A program made the position numbers and the translations under genes. The notes under the pieces were generated by a model. That model did no database searches and was not told the DNA's origin. It saw only the letters and a program-made list of their open reading frames with translations. A stretch of DNA of 64,000 nucleotides, from assembly GCA_977020255.1 (NCBI GenBank), contig CDROCS010000289.1, forward strand, positions 558,001 to 622,000. Reading direction: 5' to 3'. Below are positions 1-7,265 of this stretch, one piece after another. This stretch comes from Obrimoposthia wandeli. Taxonomy: Eukaryota. Position 1 is the first letter of the stretch; every line of letters starts with the position of its first letter.

Positions 1-1085
1 TATATCAAATTCTGGTGCCAAAACAAATGTGAAGAACGGGCAGCTGCTTTTAAACTCAGTGAAAGAAATACCATTGTTTATATTTTTATCTAGTTGGCCC
101 AAATTCCGAATAATAGATTGCGTATAAGCCAAAGCATAAGCGTTACCTTCGAAATCTGTTTTATATGTTTCGCGATAATCAGTATTTCTTGAAAGTATCA
201 CTGAACCTACATTAAGATTGTCAAATTGAGTTGCATCTGTCGTATAATTTCCTAGAAACTTTGCAGTTTTTTGAAAAGAAATTAAAATGAATTTCGGTAA
301 TCTTACATCACCAAAATTTGATCCTTATTAAAAGCTTGTGTACCCGTACCTAAAGAGTAGGATATAAGTTTAGTTTCTCTAATAGGATAACAAGCATTGT
401 TTTTTCCCATTCCTATATTATGTGCCATTAAAACTGATTGCTCGGTTTTAACTCTTCGGACATACAATTTTGCATCCAAAATATCAAGTCTAGGTTTTAG
501 AACGTCTGTGCTTATCAAAGAAAAATTCCATTTATTACGTTTCAAACGAAGATGTATATTAACACCGGGAATTAAATATTTCGGTTGTTCAAAGAAATTC
601 AATCTCAAAGACCCACACATTTCGTAAGCTTTAGAACCTGCAATTCATTCTTTGCGAGTTGCATCAGTTGTATCATAACCAATGGTTGCCAAATTAGTAT
701 TTTGAGTATCAGTACTATAATTCAAGAGACTTTCAATCAAAGCTTTATGAGCATAAGAAGAATTTCCACCTTCAATTTTGACATTATTAAGAGTAACAAT
801 GGCATCACTAAATAAAGAATTAAAGAGATAATTTACAGGTGTTACATCTGCATTTTCATCTAAATTAGTACCATCCCGATTTAATACTTTTATTTGAACA
901 TAAAGCAAAGTATCATTCAAATCTAAATACTCGCTATTGGAACCATTAATATTAAATTCTAAATCGGTTAAAGTGGTTCCTGAAACTGAGTTAACTAGAA
1001 ATATTTCTTCAAAGGAAGCATTATCTACAACTACTTGTGGAAGCGGTTTATCAAAAATACACAATTCTGTTTTGGCGCAACTCAT
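1..1085 (-). pseudogene. Polinton double-jelly-roll major capsid protein (PY/hexon-like), disrupted as sequenced, C-terminus outside window
   Basis: CAKTELCIFDKPLPQ..., LEFNINGSNSEYLDLNDTLLYVQIKV, PVNYLFNSLFS, YAHKALIESLLNYS, LIPGVNIHLRLKRN match the Polinton MCP pattern. ORFs 645-1085 and 303-620 are in frame across a TGA at 645-647 (RKE*IAGSK, likely Trp). A 1-bp deletion in the A4 run at 313-316 shifts to GDVRLPKFILISF...FFTFVLAPEFDI, which is open to base 1. Confidence 0.92.
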
Positions 1086-1459
1086 TTTGCAAATATTGTT
1101 CCTTCAACTTTCTTACGTTTGTTTATATTGATTTTTTGCTTCTTTTTACTTTTAAATCCACTACCTCCTTGGCTTTTATTTGATTTACGTTTTCTAATCA
1201 AATTAGCAACTTCAGGTAAAACATTATCAAGTTCATCAAGCACATGCTTCTTAAAAGTTGGTATTAGTTTATTGTCTTTAGATGAAAGGTAATCCTTTCC
1301 TACTTTTGATATAAATCGCCCGAGTCTCTTTAAAAGAGGAAAGGCAAATATACCTAATGTTTTAAGCCAGCCAGATCCGTATTGTTTACCAACAAAATAT
1401 GGTAATTCTCCACCTTGTTGGCTTTGACTATAAGCTTCATTTATTGCTGGATTCGCCAT
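1082..1459 (-). CDS. Small basic Polinton core-like protein (125 aa) between minor and major capsid genes
   Basis: Intact ORF with the YxQxQxGGxxxYFxGxQxGxG motif typical of this position in Polintons and a Lys-rich C-terminus. A homologous relic lies at 39185-39540. Confidence 0.8.
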   Translation of the reverse strand: MANPAINEAYSQSQQGGELPYFVGKQYGSGWLKTLGIFAFPLLKRLGRFISKVGKDYLSSKDNKLIPTFKKHVLDELDNVLPEVANLIRKRKSNKSQGGSGFKSKKKQKININKRKKVEGTIFAK

Positions 1460-1460
1460 T

Positions 1461-2501
1461 TTATTTTCTTGAATGTATTGTTAAACTTGTCTTGGCCCCG
1501 TACGTGAAATCTATTAGTTGTCCGGAATCATCTCTAATATTTACTTCAATATTGTTTATAGAAAAGAGAGAAACTGGAAGATACATTGGTTGATCTATAC
1601 ACATACCGACAGCGTCCCCATCTCTAGTTTCATTTTTAGATATCCATATTGTTCTCAAAAGTGGAACTCGCTGTCCTCCTACAAGCGCTGGTTCTATTAA
1701 ATTAGTATAAATATATATATGATTAACAGCATTTAAAAGTTTTGCCTTATTTTTAGCTTTTATGGTTTTTATTGTATGGGTTTCAAATTTATTTCTGTTT
1801 AAACCAAGGTTTTTAGCGAGTTTATCATCAAATAAAACTCGTATTATATTGCTCTTTTCTGTAAACGTTATTTTACCATTTTTTAATGTTACACATTTAT
1901 CGAAATATTCACTACATTCCTTCTGTATTAATTTACAGAAATTCACTTCACTATCTAATTTATAATCTTTTGAAAACATTTTCAGTTCCACTACATACTT
2001 TTGTCTCGTTTCAACTAAAAACACTTTTGTTACTTTATCAGGAACATTTTTAAACGATTTAGATGAGGCTATATCAGATCTCTTCATACCTACTACATGT
2101 CCACTGTCAAAACCAAATTTATGAGCTTCTCTATCAGATCCAAATATAAGTTGAATAGGTTTTAAAAAATGTTTTAGTCGATTTTTAAATCGGACTTTGT
2201 TTTTTTCATATATTACTTTCACTTCTTTATCTATACAATTGTAATAGAATTTTCCTTTACTATCAAACCCAATCACAACTTCGATTGATTTTTCATGATC
2301 AACTTCTTTTGTAAACGAAATATGTGAGTTTTTTCTGATAGTAATTGGAGAATAATAAAAGGAAAATTCTGTTAAAGCAGCTTCCCATTCTCCTTTGAGA
2401 TTTATAGGATTTTCCAAATCAATAATAAAGCTACTATCGTAATTATCTGGTTGAGTCTTCGGACATCCGTTACTAGGTAAAACCATATACATAGATTTCA
2501 T
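1461..2501 (-). CDS. Polinton minor capsid protein (PX/penton-like, 346 aa)
   Basis: N-terminal MVLPSN..P.N..SSFIIDLENPINLKGEWEAALTEFSF; C-terminal IYIYTNLIEP..VGG..VPLLR, PMYLPV, IEVNIRDDSGQLIDF. Confidence 0.92.
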   Translation of the reverse strand: MKSMYMVLPSNGCPKTQPDNYDSSFIIDLENPINLKGEWEAALTEFSFYYSPITIRKNSHISFTKEVDHEKSIEVVIGFDSKGKFYYNCIDKEVKVIYEKNKVRFKNRLKHFLKPIQLIFGSDREAHKFGFDSGHVVGMKRSDIASSKSFKNVPDKVTKVFLVETRQKYVVELKMFSKDYKLDSEVNFCKLIQKECSEYFDKCVTLKNGKITFTEKSNIIRVLFDDKLAKNLGLNRNKFETHTIKTIKAKNKAKLLNAVNHIYIYTNLIEPALVGGQRVPLLRTIWISKNETRDGDAVGMCIDQPMYLPVSLFSINNIEVNIRDDSGQLIDFTYGAKTSLTIHSRK

Positions 2502-3520
2502 ATTATATTAGATGCTGATATCCAAGTTGGATCTGAAAAACCATGCCATTTAACATAGTATTGTTTATGTTTACCGGCACCCTTAGATTTTAATATTTTT
2601 TGAATACGGAAAACGCTAGGTTTATTTGATATTACTTGTAGTTCTTGCTCGTAAAATTTACCGTGAACGATATTATTGTCAGCATCTTTAATAGTATACA
2701 TTATTGGATTACTCTTTTGATCAATTTTACTTATACAAAATATTTCATCGCTCCAATTCTGATCAAAGTTTTTAATAAATGGAGTAGAGCTAATTTTCGA
2801 AATTCGGACATATTCGTTTTTCTTATATTTAGCTTGTTTAATATTTTCTATTTTATTCCTGTTCATCCAAATATCCTTAGAATTTTTATTAGTAACATCA
2901 ACAGGTCTCATTCCCATGAGACCTCTATGTTCCGAGTGATTATAGGCATGTATTATTTTAGGTAAAACTTGGATCCATTTTTTATTTCCTTCTTTTGTGA
3001 AATACTTTTTTATTCGATCTCTTAAAGTACGATTAAATCTTTCTACTACTGCTTTATACTGTGAAAACACAGAGTAGTGATTTATATTATTTTGTTTAAA
3101 TAAAGATTGAACTTGCTTATTATAAAATTTTGTCCTAAATCAGTTTGCACATCTTGTGGAATGTCCTCTTTTAATATTTCGTTAATGGCTTCAAGCATAG
3201 CTATTGAAGACTTTGCTTTAACTGGAATTGCACGAGCAAACCTGCTAAATACATCAATACATGTTAAAATATATCGATATCCCTCTTAATGGAAGAATAT
3301 GGAATCATCTCCATCAAATCCATTTGCCATAAATTATTAGGACCGCTGGTTTTGTAAGCTCTAGATGGAAACCTTCTTCTCATCGGTTTGTTCAGACTGT
3401 AGACTAACTGGTTGCTCAGCCATTTCTGCGTTTTCTTGTATTTTTGTTTTGTTCTTTTTGCTAATTTTGAAACTCCGGTGTAGCCAATTGGATCTTTTGG
3501 TTGAACCATATCTTCTCCAT
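2498..3520 (-). pseudogene. Retroviral-like (rve) DDE integrase with C-terminal chromodomain; three 1-bp deletions as sequenced
   Basis: Repaired reading (~341 aa): MEKIWFNPKDPIGYTG...WQMDL...YILTCIDVFSRFA...VQTDLG.EFYN...KAVVERFNRTL...YYVKWHGFSDPTWI. D, D and E are all present. Frameshifts near 3499-3500, 3286 and 3128. The relic at ~41340-41390 confirms the WFNxKD frame. Confidence 0.93.
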
Positions 3521-3606
3521 TACAACAATTTGAATAGAAAGAAAATTTAAATTTAGGTAAAGAAGGGTTAGCACCCATATCTTTAACTAATTTTATAAAT
3601 AATTGT

Positions 3607-3935
3607 TTATGAACGTGTCGCAGCTATAATACTACTGATAATTGAAGCAACAACTGGAATAACAGCCCCTATGAAACCACCATTCTGTTTAAGAATAATA
3701 TTTCGTTTCCTTTTTTTACTTTTTACATTAGCAATATCTAGAAGAGTTTTTCTATATTTCTTTAATATATTTTTCCGATGTCCAACTTTTACTCGACCCA
3801 AAACTATATTATACAAAACTTCCAATAAATCATCTACAACAAAGGATGGAAATGCTTTAAGAATAATCATTCTCTTATGAGAAGAGGCTTTGACTAAAGC
3901 TTTAAAATAGGGTATGCTTCTTTGTATTTTCTCAT
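3607..3935 (-). pseudogene. Conserved small basic Polinton ORF ending in QNGG plus an amphipathic helix (109 aa when repaired)
   Basis: ATG at 3935; a 1-bp deletion at 3921-3923 is needed to join MRKYKRSIPYFKALVKASSHKR to ORF 3607-3870 (...LLEVLYNIVLG...KQNGGFIGAVIPVVASIISSII). Second copy at 47168-47480. Confidence 0.8.
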
Positions 3936-3979
3936 TTTAATAAAAAAAGGTTCAATTTAAATATAGTTTATATTCCAAG

Positions 3980-4108
3980 CTATTTAAGTTTTTTTTTATT
4001 TCTAACTACAGATTTGATTAATTTTTTCACTTCTTTTTTCTTAATGATTATTTTTTTTGATTTATTAGGCTTTGCTTTACGTTTTACTATCAACTTCGTA
4101 AAAAGCAT
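3980..4108 (-). CDS. Very basic micro-ORF (42 aa, 17 Lys + 2 Arg), putative DNA-condensing core peptide; not in the ORF track
   Basis: MLFTKLIVKRKAKPNKSKKIIIKKKEVKKLIKSVVRNKKKLK*. The homologue at 47510-47660 reads MPFKKLIVKRK...KLIKSVVRSKIKLKWLQI*, so TAG 3980-3982 is probably a mutated Trp codon. Confidence 0.65.
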   Translation of the reverse strand: MLFTKLIVKRKAKPNKSKKIIIKKKEVKKLIKSVVRNKKKLK

Positions 4109-4115
4109 TATAAAT

Positions 4116-4763
4116 TTATATTTTATGATTGTTCTCTATTTGTTTATAAACAGTTACTTCCTTAGAATTAAATATGTCGGTTAAAACACGTAAATCATCT
4201 GGGCAAGCTTGTGTAAAGTCAATAAATATATACCCATGTGCTTGTTTAGCAGCATCGTGGAATGAATCAACTAGAAAGTTCTTATTTTGGGGAAATGCCT
4301 GTCTGGCCACGAAATCAACAACTGTTTGATCTCTAGGATTTTTAAATAAAACTAAGTTATGTACATTAAGATTTCTAGTTCTATGGTGACCTCCTTGGTG
4401 AAAAAGATTTTGAGTGATAAATATAACTGTTACTTCACGATGTCTTGCAATCTTCGTAAATAAATTATTAAAGTCTGATTCCTTGTTAGCTTCCTGATAC
4501 AAATCATCAATTATTATTACATCTTCTTTTTTCAATCTTTCACACCAATTTGCATCAAATCCTTCAATAAATTGTATTCCCTTCAACTTGCAAACTTCTG
4601 TTTTGGTTAATCCGCTTTCCCCTCCTCCACCATGATGCCAATAAATATTTTTGAAACTAGATTTGAAAAGAGATTCATTTTGCAACAATTTACATACGAA
4701 ATGTGTCTTTCCACTTCCACTGGGACCAACTATTTGAAATACAGCATTATTATTTAGCTCCAT
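4116..4763 (-). CDS. A32/FtsK-like genome packaging ATPase (215 aa)
   Basis: Intact ORF; Walker A GPSGSGKT, Walker B VIIIDDL, FTKIARHREVTVIFITQN motif. Confidence 0.95.
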   Translation of the reverse strand: MELNNNAVFQIVGPSGSGKTHFVCKLLQNESLFKSSFKNIYWHHGGGGESGLTKTEVCKLKGIQFIEGFDANWCERLKKEDVIIIDDLYQEANKESDFNNLFTKIARHREVTVIFITQNLFHQGGHHRTRNLNVHNLVLFKNPRDQTVVDFVARQAFPQNKNFLVDSFHDAAKQAHGYIFIDFTQACPDDLRVLTDIFNSKEVTVYKQIENNHKI

Positions 4764-4801
4764 TGCATATAGTCTTTCATTTTTTAATGTTGTTTATGTT
4801 A

Positions 4802-5074
4802 TCATAGAAGTTTCCTTATTGAAATGTATAATGTTAGAGCTATTGTAGATGAAATACAAAAATTAATTAATGAATATTTGGCTATAATTTTATTTATTTG
4901 TGTACGATTTCTAAATTCTCGAATAACGTGTGATCTAACCAATATTTCAATGTTATCTCTTGTTATATCATTATTTTTTAATTCTGATAAAATTTCTTTA
5001 CCCCTACTTTTTCCAGAAAATATTTCGTCGGCAAGCCGATCCACTTCATTGTCTCTATTTATAGTATTATTCAT
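4802..5074 (-). CDS. Hypothetical 90-aa protein with a C-terminal hydrophobic segment
   Basis: First ATG at 5074 (the track start at 5083 is TTG). C-terminal YSLINFCISSTIALTLYISI is followed by RK. Packed between the TBP-like and ATPase genes. Confidence 0.6.
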   Translation of the reverse strand: MNNTINRDNEVDRLADEIFSGKSRGKEILSELKNNDITRDNIEILVRSHVIREFRNRTQINKIIAKYSLINFCISSTIALTLYISIRKLL

Positions 5075-5102
5075 TTGAAACAATAAGTTTAAACGGGTTT
5101 GT

Positions 5103-5599
5103 TTATAGAAAAGATAACAAGATGTAATAAGATATATTTTCTAAAATCAAATCAACAATGTTTGGATAATCAAAATTTTTCAATCCCAATATCATAACTT
5201 TACCACTGGAAAATATATTCACACATAGCGGTTTAAACTTCAAATAACTGAGAGCAGGAAATATTTCTGGTTCAAACATGCATTCTTCTTTCATTTTCTA
5301 TGGAGTTTTAAAAAGATTTATCAGTTTCCCAAGATTAGCTGAAATCGTGATTGATTGTATTGCAGTGATTTGAATTCCAAATGGTAAATTGACCCCAAGC
5401 ATTGGTATTTTGCATCCCATAACACGACAATTTCCTAAAAGAATTCAATATGGAAATAAAAAAACTAACCTGTAGGAAAAATAACAACTGTGAAATTGTC
5501 AAACCTTTCCACATATTGTCTCGGCTTCCATTCATTGAATGATAAGTACGAAACATCATCTTCTGTTCTACCTTTATAATTTAGATTTACGAGTTTCAT
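5103..5599 (-). CDS. TATA-binding-protein-like gene, 2 exons (5470-5599, 5103-5434), 153 aa; a compensated +1/-1 pair creates a TAG at 5298-5300 as sequenced
   Basis: Spliced product: MKLVNLNYKG...FTVVIFPTG|NCRVMGCK...IQSITISANLGKLINLFK(LHRK)MKEECMFEPEIFPALSYLKFKPLCVNIFSSGKVMILGLK. Both TBP repeats align to the canonical ALIFSSGKMVCTGAK and QNMV...YEPELFPGLIYRM..P..VLLIFVSGKVVLTGAK. Exons sum to 462 nt = 154 codons. Confidence 0.85.
5435..5469 (-). other. 35-nt GT-AG intron in the TBP-like gene
   Basis: ACAG|GTTAGT...TTCTTTTAG|GA. Removing it restores the frame and the IFPT-G-NCRVMG motif with no gap. Confidence 0.8.
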
Positions 5600-5815
5600 T
5601 ATACTAAAATTGTATTTTATAAAATCTTCTTTATATATGTCTGAACCTGCTTTTTTATGGCACGTTTCTTGTAATTATCTTGCAAACCTATTATAATTGG
5701 ATGATATATTTAGTCCAATCAAATTCAATGCTTTTGTTATAGTAACCAATAAGATTCATGTTTTTGTTAGAAATCAGTATAAAAGAATGCGCCATTGGAG
5801 TACAAATCACAATAA
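5600..5815. promoter_or_regulatory. Divergent promoter region between the TBP-like gene and gene A
   Basis: TATATAAAG (minus, 5629-5637), TATAAAAG (plus, 5778-5785), and CCAAT/ATTGG at 5696, 5715, 5746 and 5794. Partly conserved in the relic at 56495-56590. Confidence 0.55.
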
Positions 5816-6305
5816 ATGCATTCATATCAAAGACAATTATCAATGATGGACGATAGCCAACGGATATTAAGCTGTGACGAAGATTTAGAAATGTTTGAAG
5901 AATCGGGTAATGATATGTATGAAGAAGTGAAGCAATATTTCAAATACAAAGTCAGATTCTTGAAGAAGGCTCAACTGATTGCTTTAGTAAATCCATTGAA
6001 AATTGAAAGAAGAAAGTTCAGTTATTATCTATCAAATATTCAAAAAACAGATTTTCAATTTCTTAAACAGAAAGTTGAAAAGGCAGTTCCAAATTTTACT
6101 TTTAAATAAGAACGAATTTTATATCCAAGGAGCCGATGCAGCATTTCTAGATGACTATAGAAGAGAAATATATGTTGATGCGTTTCCGAAAAAGAAGCAA
6201 TGGACTGTAACAATTCGACTTTATGGTTACAAGAAAGATCATATCCCTATGTTTAAATTTTTTTCTTTCATTTTGCATGTAATAAATTGTAATCGGTTTT
6301 ATTAA
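5816..6305 (+). pseudogene. Maverick accessory gene A (~162 aa repaired), paralogue of gene B, function unknown
   Basis: ORFs 5816-6109 and 6003-6305 join after removing one A at 6104-6106. The relic at ~56670 reads PHYIFDKNEFYI in one frame, confirming the junction. Confidence 0.75.
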
Positions 6306-6421
6306 TTTTTACTATGTTTCTTTCATTTGACAATTAATAATCAGTTTTATTTTTCATAATATTTGTATCTAATATGTTTTTTTTATAAACATAGTTTTTT
6401 AATCAGTTTCCTTATTTTAGA

Positions 6422-6832
6422 ATGGATCCTCTTCTGAGATATGTAGGAAATTTTTATTATCCAGAAAGAATTTCAAAAGGAAAACTATGTAATACATTAA
6501 AGAGGCATCAAATTATACGAGTTATGAATCCTGTGAAAATATCAAAAGTGGAGAATAAATATCTCGTCGAAATTTTAACAACATCTGATATTGATCAATT
6601 TAAAAATATTTTGGGATTTTATATTCCTGATTACGTATATGAAGGAAATTATTTCCAGCTTGAAACTGATCCCAGTCTGGCTTTTAAAGATGAACTAGAA
6701 TATTTGATTGCTCCAATTTTAGATGAAGAACTATGGAATATCTCAATACGTATCAATGGATATTTTGCTGATGACGTGAAAATGCAACCTCTTTGGACTT
6801 TGAGAGAAGCCAATATGTTGTTTTATGTTTGA
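6422..6832 (+). CDS. Maverick accessory gene B (136 aa), function unknown
   Basis: Intact ORF; homologous relics at 22940-23200 and 57010-57060; aligns end to end with gene A. Confidence 0.8.
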   Translation: MDPLLRYVGNFYYPERISKGKLCNTLKRHQIIRVMNPVKISKVENKYLVEILTTSDIDQFKNILGFYIPDYVYEGNYFQLETDPSLAFKDELEYLIAPILDEELWNISIRINGYFADDVKMQPLWTLREANMLFYV

Positions 6833-7089
6833 TTTAATAAATGTTTTGAAAATAATTTTGACTCGTATTTTGTTTTTCTCCTGTAAATTATATAGATCTG
6901 AAATATTTTTTCTCCTATAAAACTGACCTAGATAATCTAGACCGTGTAGTAATCTAAAATATTTTTTCAAAATAGTAGTAATATATTATTTGAAATCTCG
7001 TCTGCGATCAGCCGCCTGGGTCAATATGGATTCCCGTGGTCTTCAATAATCACCTTTAAGATTAGCGGTAAAATTTAAAGTGAAATAAA

Positions 7090-7265
7090 AAAATTGTGGG
7101 GGACTCGGGTGGAATGGACATGCACGAAATTTTACTCCACACACATACATGAAATTTCACTCCACATATATGCACAGTTTTAAAAGACATTGGTAGCTCC
7201 CCAGGGGAGGGGTGGATTAGACTGGAAAAATCCTCCTAATCATACACACCAAAATAATAATCGAT
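7090..7265. repeat. Maverick terminal inverted repeat (right end; boundaries approximate)
   Basis: GC-richer block with internal repeats (ACATG(C)ACGAAATTT(T/C)ACTCCAC x2, CAGGGGAGGGGTGG..ATTAGACTG). Shared with 16490-16570, where it flanks different internal sequence, and with 23330-23490. Confidence 0.65.

Larger units (their letters stand above)
1..7265 (-). mobile_element. Maverick/Polinton (adintovirus-like) element, right-hand ~7.3 kb; the rest lies left of the window
   Basis: Hallmark gene set in a tightly packed minus-strand cluster (MCP, minor capsid, rve integrase with chromodomain, A32-like ATPase), followed by a GC-richer terminal block that recurs at 16490-16570 and 23330-23490. 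Protease, PZ and pPolB are not in this copy's visible part. Right end is approximate. Confidence 0.95.

Noticed and set aside
645-647. TGA read as Trp (alternative genetic code)
   Set aside because: Neighbouring genes use TGG for Trp and end with TGA (1082, 2498), so it is a mutation or sequencing error.
397-2965. Plus-strand ORFs at 397, 585, 937, 1035, 1399, 1518, 1762 and 2645
   Set aside because: Antisense shadows of the minus-strand Maverick genes with no recognisable motifs.
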